Translations under genes and position numbers: made by a program
In this document: positions 54,223 through 63,882 of the stretch, in pieces
Layout of the letters: the number at the start of each line of letters is the position of its first letter
Numbering within the stretch: the first letter of the stretch is position 1
Virus record (IMG/VR): IMGVR_UViG_3300034061_004620
Direction: 5' to 3' (one strand)
DNA from: a virus
Taxonomy: Duplodnaviria; Caudoviricetes
Length of the DNA: 64,000 nt
The notes under the pieces: model-generated
What the model saw: the letters and a program-made list of their open reading frames with translations, nothing else
The model's database searches: none
What the model was told of the DNA's origin: nothing

Positions 54223-57200
54223 AAATTCGTGAAATAGCCAAACAGTCTTCATTACAAGAAGGTGCAATATCTAACAAAGTGTTACCTGGTTTGAGTTTTG
54301 CTGACGCTGGTATCAGAGTGGCTGAAAAAGATTATCCCGGTGCCGCCATTGCTGGCACAGCAGCTGGGCTAAGTCTAATACCAACAATACCCACACAAGC
54401 TGCCAGTATTGGTTTAGAGGCATTTAATCAATTACGCGACGAAGCTGCGCGACGCGGTGGTTGGGGAAATCTTGGCAGAGATATGATGAAGTCTGTCAGG
54501 GATGGTGATTTTGATCATATCCATATGCTACCAGAAGAATTTGACAAATTAGATCAATTAGAACGAGCAGGCAAACTTGACGAAGGTGGTTTAACAAGTA
54601 TTCCAGGCTGGATAGCCAAATACGGTGATGATGCTGTTCGGTGGTTAAAAACTGTCGGAAGACGCGATAAACCAGATGCTCCTGCTTCTAAGCCAGAAGT
54701 ACCAGATGCCTCGGTACCTTCTAAGAAGCCATACACCAGAGACGAAGATTTGCCTATTGTGGGGCGAGATACACCTACTCCACCACCGGCCTCAACTCCT
54801 GTAGAATTACCAAAACAAAAACGATTTGAATCAGACAAAGCATATTTAGACAGATTACAAAAAATGGGTCCTGAGTTTGTGCAAAAGAAAACACAAATGG
54901 ATCAAGCTCTGATTAGTGCTAATCAAGCAAAAGAGTTAAGTAAAGGACCAGTTAGAAAAGGATTAGAAACAACTGGAAAATTCTTAGTAAGGAACCCAAT
55001 AACATGGGGTGCAGGGGCATACGGAGGATACGAAGCAGCTAAAGAATACGGACCAGATATAGGACGAAAATCGATTGAATGGTGGCGACAAGGTCCTGAA
55101 AAAGAAATTCTCCAAAAAGCTCCTGAAGGCGAATTGCTGTCAGACATTATAAAAGGTGTAACAGCACAACCTCCAGCCAATGCACCGGCTCCGGTGACAC
55201 CAGAAAAACAGCAAGAACTCCCACCGCATATAGATCCTGCCACCGGCAAAACAAGGGACCAAGGCGCCAGACTTGATGACAAAGAAAAAACATTGACTGA
55301 GAAATATCAACAGTTTCTCAATGACGATAAAAAGCCGCAATACACCAAGGAACAGTTTATTCAATTGGCTGCAAAATATGCCAAGCAGTATGATGTTCCA
55401 TTGCCTGTAGTCTTACATGCCATGCGTAAGGAAACTGGTGCGTATGATGCAAACACCGCAGCCACAGTTCTTGGACCCAAAACCAAATATGGACAAGCAG
55501 TTGGTGTCATGCAGTTGATGCCATCATTCTTTAAAACATTAAAACCTGAAGATCTAACAAATCCAGATCGAAACATTGAAGCTGGTACAAAATTTTTAGC
55601 AAACTTGTACAAGACATACGGCAGTGCCGAAGCAGCCCTGGCAGCATACAACGCCGGACCATATAATAAAAAATTTAAGGCTTGGCTTAAATCCAATGAT
55701 CCAAAAGATTTACCGGCACAGACCAGAGAATATCTCTACGGCGATCCACGAAAGAAAACTGTTGGCTATGTTGATGATGTAGCACAACAAGTTGCGCTAT
55801 TGAATCCACCGAGCACCAGAGATAAAGTTGTAAAGGTAGCTACAGACGTATTGGCTGCTGCCACAGGATCAGGCGACGCACAAGCAGCAAACAGCAAAAA
55901 ATCTAAAGCTGAAGTCATCAGCGGCCCTCAATATCCACCTCACGGTACACCAATAGAGAAAGTACAACTACCTGGTCATTGGACCAATCCTGTATTGAAA
56001 CCTTTAGATGGTAGAGTACACATGCAGTTGCAAGATTTAAGTGGCGAGTTTAAAGCGGCCTTAGATAAAGCCATGGCCGATTATGCCAAAGACAATCCAG
56101 GAGTTACAATTACTGTAACCAGCGGAGTGAGAACTCCCGAAGATCAAAAGGCTTTGGCCAAGCGAGCAGCAATAGAATATGAAAAAATGAAAAGGGGAGA
56201 GCCGAACAATTATATACCTGCCTCAAAAGAATTAGCCGGACATGCAGGATATGCCATTGACATGAACACTCCTGATCTGGTAAAATTTTCCAAATGGTTG
56301 CGAAAAAACGATCCATATGACAAAAAAAATCCAAGCAACACAAAATACGGATTGCAAGACGGATTCGAAATAGCAGACCGTGTGCATTTACAATTGAGAG
56401 GCTACGAGCAATTAGATTCAGAAAAGGCCAGAAGAGCATACAATAAAAACTTGCCTATAGATAAACAAATTCTAACTGCCTCTGATTGGGAATCGTATGT
56501 ACAACGCACAGAAGCCGAAAAACTGGCTTTAGCGCAGCCTAAAGACAAGAAACTAACCGATCCCGGACTTGGTGGTGCTCCAGAAGCCCAGGCTGATACA
56601 ACATCAAAAGCAGATAACAGTAAACCTCTCAAATTTCCTTCTATTAGATCAGATATACCATCCGTTGATTACCAGTCTCAAGGTGATGACACACCGGCTA
56701 AATCAGCTGAAAAGAAAGCAGAAAAGCCAGCTGATAAACCTGCCGACAAAGACAAATCTAAAGCAAAAACTCGCGTTACAACAGATGCAACGGGAAGAGA
56801 AACAACATATACTCAAAATGAAAAAGGCCAATGGGTCGATCCTCGAGGCAATATTATGCCCGCACCCGAAAAACCAGGATCAAGAAAAGATCTTGATATC
56901 ACTGACAAAGGCGGAGACCCCAGTGCAGCAGATTTAGAAAAATCAAGAAACATAACCGGTCGTAAAGATCCTCTCATCGATCCTGACACTGGTTTTCCTA
57001 CCACAGAAAAAGCCTTACGCGACAAACTTACTCAGCGTGCCGCCGACGAAAAGGCAGCAGCAGAACGAGAAGCCAAGCGTATTGCTGACTTAGAAAAAAT
57101 TCAACGAGATGCAGAAGCCAGGAAAAAGGCCGAAAAACCAGCCGACAAAGAAGCAGGTAAAGCAGATGCAGGCACAGGTCTTGCTGGCACAGACACAGGC

Positions 57201-58040
57201 AAAGACAAAGGTAAAGCAGATAAACAACAACGTGTGCCAGCTGCACCTGCTGCTGAAGTTCCTGCTGCAGACGCAAAAGATAAGTCTGCTAAAATAAATG
57301 TACGTAAAGAATTTGAAAAGGCCTTTGCAGCAGCAAGAGCCGCACAGGCGTTAAAGACCGGAAAAGGCAGTGGAGGAACATTCACATGGACAGATCCACG
57401 AACTGGTAAAGAAAGTACATATACTACAGACTACGGTGATGAGGTCAAAGATAAAAAGTCAGTAAAGGTGGTACCTAAAGCTGAACCTAAAGCCGAACCA
57501 AAAGCCGATGCTGGTGCTGACACATACTGGGTAGATCCAAGACTATCAAAAGTGCCATACGATGTTATACGCAAGCAGATTAAACCTGATTATACAGTGG
57601 ATGCAGATCCGGATGCAATAAAAGTTCCACGAGCTACAGAACCTGATACAGATACAAAATTGCCATCACAGACACGTAGTGTGAGCGAGCCAGACCGTGC
57701 CAATGTATTACGTTCCACAGACGGCACCCCAGTTACATCAGGCACAGGCGAACCGTGGGGTACCGGCACCAGTACCAAGAAAGATATAGAACGTGCCAAG
57801 GATGAATTGCAGAAAAAAATTGATGATGAAAAATTCAAAAAAGAATTGCAAAAAATTAGTCCTGATTTGTCAGAACCCGAACAAGGTAATAGATGGATTG
57901 ACAAATGGAATCAAGGCATAGAAGCACTAACTGGTAAAGAAAGAATGACACCCGATGACATGAACAGGATACGTGTTCCAGAATCGGTAAATACAGAACT
58001 GAATGACATATTATGGTTGGCTGGAAGGGTAAAAAGATAA
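54219..58040 (+). CDS. 1273-aa internal protein with lytic transglycosylase (SLT) and peptidase M15-like domains
   Basis: SLT: AMRKETG...GVMQLMP...NIEAGTKFL...ALAAYNAGP. M15-like: ITVTSGVRTPEDQ...GH.G.AID...DRVHLQL. Confidence 0.8.
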   Translation: MKIREIAKQSSLQEGAISNKVLPGLSFADAGIRVAEKDYPGAAIAGTAAGLSLIPTIPTQAASIGLEAFNQLRDEAARRGGWGNLGRDMMKSVRDGDFDHIHMLPEEFDKLDQLERAGKLDEGGLTSIPGWIAKYGDDAVRWLKTVGRRDKPDAPASKPEVPDASVPSKKPYTRDEDLPIVGRDTPTPPPASTPVELPKQKRFESDKAYLDRLQKMGPEFVQKKTQMDQALISANQAKELSKGPVRKGLETTGKFLVRNPITWGAGAYGGYEAAKEYGPDIGRKSIEWWRQGPEKEILQKAPEGELLSDIIKGVTAQPPANAPAPVTPEKQQELPPHIDPATGKTRDQGARLDDKEKTLTEKYQQFLNDDKKPQYTKEQFIQLAAKYAKQYDVPLPVVLHAMRKETGAYDANTAATVLGPKTKYGQAVGVMQLMPSFFKTLKPEDLTNPDRNIEAGTKFLANLYKTYGSAEAALAAYNAGPYNKKFKAWLKSNDPKDLPAQTREYLYGDPRKKTVGYVDDVAQQVALLNPPSTRDKVVKVATDVLAAATGSGDAQAANSKKSKAEVISGPQYPPHGTPIEKVQLPGHWTNPVLKPLDGRVHMQLQDLSGEFKAALDKAMADYAKDNPGVTITVTSGVRTPEDQKALAKRAAIEYEKMKRGEPNNYIPASKELAGHAGYAIDMNTPDLVKFSKWLRKNDPYDKKNPSNTKYGLQDGFEIADRVHLQLRGYEQLDSEKARRAYNKNLPIDKQILTASDWESYVQRTEAEKLALAQPKDKKLTDPGLGGAPEAQADTTSKADNSKPLKFPSIRSDIPSVDYQSQGDDTPAKSAEKKAEKPADKPADKDKSKAKTRVTTDATGRETTYTQNEKGQWVDPRGNIMPAPEKPGSRKDLDITDKGGDPSAADLEKSRNITGRKDPLIDPDTGFPTTEKALRDKLTQRAADEKAAAEREAKRIADLEKIQRDAEARKKAEKPADKEAGKADAGTGLAGTDTGKDKGKADKQQRVPAAPAAEVPAADAKDKSAKINVRKEFEKAFAAARAAQALKTGKGSGGTFTWTDPRTGKESTYTTDYGDEVKDKKSVKVVPKAEPKAEPKADAGADTYWVDPRLSKVPYDVIRKQIKPDYTVDADPDAIKVPRATEPDTDTKLPSQTRSVSEPDRANVLRSTDGTPVTSGTGEPWGTGTSTKKDIERAKDELQKKIDDEKFKKELQKISPDLSEPEQGNRWIDKWNQGIEALTGKERMTPDDMNRIRVPESVNTELNDILWLAGRVKR
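57986..57993 (+). promoter_or_regulatory. Possible late promoter (GGTAAATA) inside the end of the upstream gene
   Basis: About 50 nt upstream of ATG 58042. Confidence 0.4.
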
Positions 58041-58041
58041 A

Positions 58042-61000
58042 ATGAACATGCGAGAACTAATAAATCTAATAGAGGCACCGGCTCCTAAACAAGGTGTTAC
58101 TGGACAAAAACTTGCTCAAACAAGTGGCGGCCAATTTATGAATCGAGCCGATAGAACCAATCAAGCCAAAGTTGATGCAGCGTTAGGCCCAGGATTCAAA
58201 GCAGGAAGTGCAGCAGCCAATCAGGCATTAGCTAAAAAATTCAGTCAGCCACAAGCTGTACCGGCAGCAAACACAGCAAGTGCTCAACAATCAGCAGCAT
58301 TAGACACTTCCAAGGCAAATGCAATTGGTGGGCAACAGGCAGCAACCACGGCAGCAGCACCAGAACCAGACACAAGAGGTGCAGCAGCGATGGCAAGTAG
58401 ATCGGCCCCGGCCGCTGCAAATACAGAGCCAGTTCAAGCAGCAGCTCCTGCTCAAACTTCAGATCAGATTGCAACCGCTGCACTAAATGCACAAGATTCA
58501 ACACCACAAGCTGACACAAGAGGTGCAGCAGCAATGGCCAGTAGATCAACAAGTACTCCTGCTCAAACTTCAGATCAGATTGCAACCGCTGCACTAAATG
58601 CACAAGATTCAACACCACAAGCTGACACAAGAGGTGCAGCAGCAATGGCCAGTAGATCAACAAGTACTCCTGCTCAAACAACTCCGGATCAAATACCAAC
58701 TCAAACAGCAACAGCTCAAAGTATAGGTGCTACTAATTTGCAAGGCGAAAATCCAGCAGCACCAGCACAACAAAATACAGCAGCACCTGCTCAAGCAGGC
58801 GGATATGCTCAGAGTGCCACTGCCGCCACCAATAATCCTGCACCCAAGAGTGACTATCAGCCTGTAGCTGGAAGTTCTAATTTAGTCTCAAGAACCTCCG
58901 ATAAAATTGCAGCAGACGCAAAAGCTGGGCCTGGTGGGCAAAATCCTGCAACAAAAAGTTATGCCAGTTTTGGTGATTTTGCCAGTGCTGTAGGAAACAA
59001 AGTTAAAGGTTTTTTTGGTGGCAATCAACCAGCACCAGACGCAACTGCAGGTACTGGTCCTAATTTAGGTACAGGAACATTAGGCAGCACACCAAATGCA
59101 CAACAGCCGCCTGCATTTGTGCCGTCAGCTACAACAGCCGGCACCCCAGCTGCGTTTGGTAAAGTTGCCGAAGCTGATGCGCCAGTGAATTCCGCACCTC
59201 AGCAGCCGGCAGCAAAAACTCAAAAAGCACCAAGCATGTACGATGTTGACAAGGCCAACAGAAAAGAAATAGCAAGTCAATTTGACCCTAATTCAACTTA
59301 TGTAAATCCCCATGACAAAGATACACGAGCGTCTGCTCCAGGATCAAAGGCAGTAAACACCATGGCTGACTTTGAAGAAGATGTTGATCATGCATTGGCA
59401 GAGATGATGCGCTTGAGTGGTTTAACTTTGAGTGAAAAAGCACCACCAGGCAAGAAGGCCGAACGCATGGTTAAACACATTAAAAAAGGTTATGCCAAGG
59501 ACGGTAAACTCACAGACAAAGAAAAGTCAATTGCATTTGCAACTGCATGGAAACAGCACAACAAAGAAAAGGTAAACGAAGGCATGGACATTATGTTAGA
59601 CGAAGATGGGCATACACTAAAACATATCGTTAATAGATTCAAACATGAAACTAAAAATTTCATGAATACAGGATTTATGGCAGAGAACTTGTATGATGCA
59701 TTATATGATTATTATCTGGATAGAGGCGACATGCCTTACGGTATTGCCAAGGCAAGAGAAGGTGATCCATACGAGTGGGTAGAAGAACACTTCTATGCAG
59801 ACATGGGCAGTCAAATGAGTGAAGGTGCTGTAGCAGAACAAACTGTGGACCCACTGAGTGAATTAGCACGTTTGGCTGGATTGTCAGAAGACGGTCCTGG
59901 ATCTGCTATGCTAAATGCCCCAAAGAAAGACACTGATTCATTTGCAGACAGAATGAGAAGTGCAGGAAAAGAAATTAGGCGTACGATTGATCGCGCAACA
60001 TTGCCAGCTGCAATGAGAGCAGATTATGATAGAATTGAAGCAGAAAAAGAAAGAGCCTCAGCTCCTGTAGCAACACCAGCAGTCGCTAAAGCTGATGCAT
60101 TTAAAGATGCAATGGGTTCTGGATCCAACAAAGCACAAGCAGATGACAAATTGAAAGAAATGGGCGACAGTCCATTGGCAAGACTCAATCAAATGCCACA
60201 AACTAAAGGACAAGAACCAAGTTCGGGTGCAGCGAGCTCGTTCGCACCACGTGAGCGCGAGCGTGTGGTTAGCCCCAAGATTGACAAATACGAAAAAGAC
60301 AAAGAACGTGCAGAAAAAGCCAGAAGAGATATTGTTGATAGAGAAAGTCCAGATGCTAATACATTTGGTCGTAAAATAGGCAAAGCAGTATCAGAACCAG
60401 TTGCAGCAATCAAGAGTGCATGGCACGGTGCAACAGATGCCTGGGATCATACTATGGGCAATGATACAGCCCCAGATCCAAAACCACCAGTTAGTGTTGT
60501 TAACAAAAGAGACTGGAAAGGTGACAAGGATAATCCTGCACTAAAAGAAAATGACGAGTTAAATCGTATGCGTAAAATTGCCGGACTACAGGAATGTGGA
60601 GATATGGGCATGGAACGCGATCATATGCAACAAAAAGATCGATTGAATGTTACCACAAACATGAGCAGTGATGGTACCAAGGACGTCACTATCAATGCAC
60701 AAGGTGACGCCGCAGAAGATCTACTGTCTATGTTGAAACTGGCAGGTATGGAAAGACATCATCAGCCTACAATGGTCATGATTGACCGCGATGAAGAAAT
60801 GATGGAACGAGAAGAAACTCCTGTACCTGATGATGGTAATGTATTAGGTGGTATGGGAGATTTTGAACAAATAGATGCAATAGACGAAGCCAAGAAGAAG
60901 CGTATTACACGTCATAGCAACACACCCGACGAAGAATATCAAACCGTAGATAGTATTCTACGTCAAGGCAATGATCTCAACAGAGAAAAACGCCAGTACA

Positions 61001-61575
61001 AGAAAGAATACCCCGGCGACAATCCAATGTCTGAAAGCATGCTTGATCAAGACTTAAACGACATCCTTGAGAGCATCTTGATTCGCGAAGAACCTATTCC
61101 AACTACTACAGATCCTGAGACAGGACGAGTAAAAGCAACATTACCCTCAAATTTTTTCCGTCCTGGTAAAAAACGTGATCGTGCCAGTCAAGAGATACCA
61201 ATGGAACCTGAATCGCCAGAATCTCGTGTAACTGGGCCACGCAGTATGAAAATACCTGGTGAGCGAACAGGTACAGAAAACTTTGGTAAAGACAAAGAAG
61301 TTGACGAAGGTTGGGAAGATGTAAAAACAGGTGTATCTAACTTTGTTGGAGATCTTTTTAACACAGACGACAGTATACGCAGAAGAAGCGGGCAGTTTCG
61401 TGATCTTGAAGCTATGCAACAAAAGTATAAACCTGGAACTCCAGAGTATGATCAATTGGAAATGCGTAAGACCAAGCAAAAAGAAAGGTATTACGGAGAC
61501 CAAGGTGAAGTGGTAGGTAAAGACGGCGAACCAATTAAAGTATTACCACCTGATCAATGGAAAGGTGGCAAGTGA
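58042..61575 (+). CDS. 1177-aa low-complexity modular internal protein
   Basis: A/Q/P/T-rich N-terminal half followed by charged modules. Starts MNMRELINLIE. Confidence 0.75.
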   Translation: MNMRELINLIEAPAPKQGVTGQKLAQTSGGQFMNRADRTNQAKVDAALGPGFKAGSAAANQALAKKFSQPQAVPAANTASAQQSAALDTSKANAIGGQQAATTAAAPEPDTRGAAAMASRSAPAAANTEPVQAAAPAQTSDQIATAALNAQDSTPQADTRGAAAMASRSTSTPAQTSDQIATAALNAQDSTPQADTRGAAAMASRSTSTPAQTTPDQIPTQTATAQSIGATNLQGENPAAPAQQNTAAPAQAGGYAQSATAATNNPAPKSDYQPVAGSSNLVSRTSDKIAADAKAGPGGQNPATKSYASFGDFASAVGNKVKGFFGGNQPAPDATAGTGPNLGTGTLGSTPNAQQPPAFVPSATTAGTPAAFGKVAEADAPVNSAPQQPAAKTQKAPSMYDVDKANRKEIASQFDPNSTYVNPHDKDTRASAPGSKAVNTMADFEEDVDHALAEMMRLSGLTLSEKAPPGKKAERMVKHIKKGYAKDGKLTDKEKSIAFATAWKQHNKEKVNEGMDIMLDEDGHTLKHIVNRFKHETKNFMNTGFMAENLYDALYDYYLDRGDMPYGIAKAREGDPYEWVEEHFYADMGSQMSEGAVAEQTVDPLSELARLAGLSEDGPGSAMLNAPKKDTDSFADRMRSAGKEIRRTIDRATLPAAMRADYDRIEAEKERASAPVATPAVAKADAFKDAMGSGSNKAQADDKLKEMGDSPLARLNQMPQTKGQEPSSGAASSFAPRERERVVSPKIDKYEKDKERAEKARRDIVDRESPDANTFGRKIGKAVSEPVAAIKSAWHGATDAWDHTMGNDTAPDPKPPVSVVNKRDWKGDKDNPALKENDELNRMRKIAGLQECGDMGMERDHMQQKDRLNVTTNMSSDGTKDVTINAQGDAAEDLLSMLKLAGMERHHQPTMVMIDRDEEMMEREETPVPDDGNVLGGMGDFEQIDAIDEAKKKRITRHSNTPDEEYQTVDSILRQGNDLNREKRQYKKEYPGDNPMSESMLDQDLNDILESILIREEPIPTTTDPETGRVKATLPSNFFRPGKKRDRASQEIPMEPESPESRVTGPRSMKIPGERTGTENFGKDKEVDEGWEDVKTGVSNFVGDLFNTDDSIRRRSGQFRDLEAMQQKYKPGTPEYDQLEMRKTKQKERYYGDQGEVVGKDGEPIKVLPPDQWKGGK
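58445..58679 (+). repeat. Exact 111-bp tandem duplication (37 aa)
   Basis: CTCCTGCTCAAAC starts at 58445, 58556 and 58667. Confidence 0.9.
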
Positions 61576-62633
61576 TGAAAACGTTTCGCGAATATCTCAA
61601 CGAAGCAGAACTGACAGAAGGAAATCCTGCTGTTGGGGATATTTTTGAGTTAGAAATAGCCAGAGACGAAACTTTGCTCGAAACTTATATTGTTGATGTG
61701 TTTGAGGATGGAATAGTATTAGAAGCAGACGACACCATGATGAGAATTTTAACGCATGTTGGATATATAACAGAAGATTCAAACATGCCCACTGCTCGAG
61801 ATTCTATCAGTCCAATACATTCAAATGTGAACAGAGACAAAAGCTCCGATGACGACCTCATGGACAAAGACTCAGGTGCCACACCACCTGCTCGTCCTAC
61901 ACGCGATGCGGTAGACACTAAGCCGCTAACCGAGCCAAAAAACAAAAAAGATCCCAAAGACTACATGGTGCATGAGGCGCCCGAAGGATGGGGACAAGAT
62001 ACCATGACCAACAAAGACGGTTCGGTGATGAAATACAACCCCGATGATGACAGTTACAGCATGGTATCTCCTCCTACGGTAAAGCCTACTAAAACGTCAA
62101 TGTCGGTGATTGATACTCATAGATCACAAGATCGCAGCTCGTCTAAAGGAGATAGTACACACAAGCAGGAATTTACATCTGCTTCGTTTGCAAGAGATCC
62201 CAAAACTGGCGCAGGCGATTATTACATATCTCGATCAACAGATGATGATTACGACGATGACTTTCAGCAAGATGTAAGTGCCCCTTGGATGAACTATACG
62301 CAAGCCAAAGCAAAATATGATTCAGATCTTATGTTTGGTAAAAAAACAGCCATGCCTCAAGGGCCAATGAGTCAGTTCAGAGCACCAACCAATGAAGCCA
62401 AATATCAAGGTCGTGAAGTTCCGTTAGGCAAGAAGATGAAGGGCGATGTTAAGAAGAGTAAAGTGTATGTAAGAGGACCCAAAGGTAATGTAGTTAAAGT
62501 GAACTTTGGCGATCCTAACATGACAATCAAAAAGTCAAATCCAGCCCGTCGTAAAAGTTTCAGAGCAAGACACAATTGCGCCAATCCAGGACCAAGATGG
62601 AAAGCAAGGTACTGGTCATGTAGGAGTTGGTAA
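61575..62633 (+). CDS. Modular internal protein with a basic Cys/His/Trp C-terminal domain
   Basis: Start moved to ATG 61575 (TGATG overlap), giving MKTFREYLNE. Ends RRKSFRARHNC...ARYWSCRSW. Confidence 0.75.
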   Translation: MKTFREYLNEAELTEGNPAVGDIFELEIARDETLLETYIVDVFEDGIVLEADDTMMRILTHVGYITEDSNMPTARDSISPIHSNVNRDKSSDDDLMDKDSGATPPARPTRDAVDTKPLTEPKNKKDPKDYMVHEAPEGWGQDTMTNKDGSVMKYNPDDDSYSMVSPPTVKPTKTSMSVIDTHRSQDRSSSKGDSTHKQEFTSASFARDPKTGAGDYYISRSTDDDYDDDFQQDVSAPWMNYTQAKAKYDSDLMFGKKTAMPQGPMSQFRAPTNEAKYQGREVPLGKKMKGDVKKSKVYVRGPKGNVVKVNFGDPNMTIKKSNPARRKSFRARHNCANPGPRWKARYWSCRSW

Positions 62634-63418
62634 TGACAGATCCAAGATTTTTTAGACAGTATTTAGAGATATTAAAAGAAGGCCCTCCTGCAGGTGTTGG
62701 TCCTAATGCACCTATAAAACAACCTGTGCAGCAGCCAGCTAATACCAGTCAAGAACCAAGCCAATTTCAACAGGCCAAGGATGCAGTAGGGCAACAATAT
62801 CAAAATTACAAAGATATATCGGGACAACTTGATCAAGGTGTACAACAAGGATTAATCAGCAAAGATGTGGCCGATAAAACAAGAAGTTATGCACAAGGTT
62901 CAATGTTAAGAGGTGGTTGGGAGGCAGGTAAAGCAGCAATGCAAGGTCGTGATCCATCATCGGCCTATGTAGGTAGCTTGATTAGATCAATGGGTAATTT
63001 GGCTGCTGATTCTGGTCTTGATGATGCTGCAAAAAAACTTGGACAATTTGCAAGTCAGTATCGAGGTCCTAATGCCAAAGATATAACAAAAGATCCCGCA
63101 TACCTAAAAGCATCACCGGAACAACAAGCACAAGCCCGTAAAGATTTTGAAGCAATTAAATCATTGCCTGATGATGAATACAATTATATTTTTGGTGGCA
63201 ATGCGTTTAAGGAACGTGGCGCACAGGCAGCTCAAGTTGGTCAAGACATGATTGATCAAAAAGATTGGGGTACAGGTCGTAGCGCAGGGTTTTCACCAAA
63301 AGCAAATGAACTTTTTGGATTAGATCCAACTCGTCAGGCAACTGATGCAGAAATGCAAGCGGCAGCAACAGGTACCAACGAAGAATTAGATAGACTCAAA
63401 CAACTTATTAGAAGATAA
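62633..63418 (+). CDS. Hypothetical internal protein
   Basis: Starts MTDPRFFRQYLEILKE (TAATG overlap) and ends EELDRLKQLIRR. Confidence 0.7.
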   Translation: MTDPRFFRQYLEILKEGPPAGVGPNAPIKQPVQQPANTSQEPSQFQQAKDAVGQQYQNYKDISGQLDQGVQQGLISKDVADKTRSYAQGSMLRGGWEAGKAAMQGRDPSSAYVGSLIRSMGNLAADSGLDDAAKKLGQFASQYRGPNAKDITKDPAYLKASPEQQAQARKDFEAIKSLPDDEYNYIFGGNAFKERGAQAAQVGQDMIDQKDWGTGRSAGFSPKANELFGLDPTRQATDAEMQAAATGTNEELDRLKQLIRR

Positions 63419-63873
63419 TGAGCGATCCAAGATTTTTTAGACGATACTTAGATATTCTTGACGAACAACCTGTCACTGCAAACATTGATGACTACACAAG
63501 CGTGACTGTTGATCCTACAGCAAAAAATCTTGCAATGCAAACCAAGATTGGGGACTTGGATCTCAAAGCAACGCATGACCGTTCCGCAATCCCGGCCAAT
63601 CAAATTTCAGCCAATTACCAAGTGGACCCTAAATTAAAGGTTGGCGGCACACACACTCAAGCAGGATATAAAGGACAAATGACTCCTACCACTCAAATTT
63701 CAGCCAACTACGACGATCCTGATGTTGGTAAAGCTGATCTACAAGTAGATAAAGGTGCCATGTTCCAGGGTGCAGGAAAAAATATTCAGCAAGGAAATCC
63801 CGCTATCGTAACTGCCAAATTTACAAACCCACAAGGCCAAACAGCCACTTACAATACAAACAGAAACTTATAA
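63418..63873 (+). CDS. Hypothetical internal protein
   Basis: Starts MSDPRFFRRYLDILDE, nearly identical to the N-terminus of the upstream gene. Confidence 0.7.
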   Translation: MSDPRFFRRYLDILDEQPVTANIDDYTSVTVDPTAKNLAMQTKIGDLDLKATHDRSAIPANQISANYQVDPKLKVGGTHTQAGYKGQMTPTTQISANYDDPDVGKADLQVDKGAMFQGAGKNIQQGNPAIVTAKFTNPQGQTATYNTNRNL

Positions 63874-63882
63874 GGAAAATCA

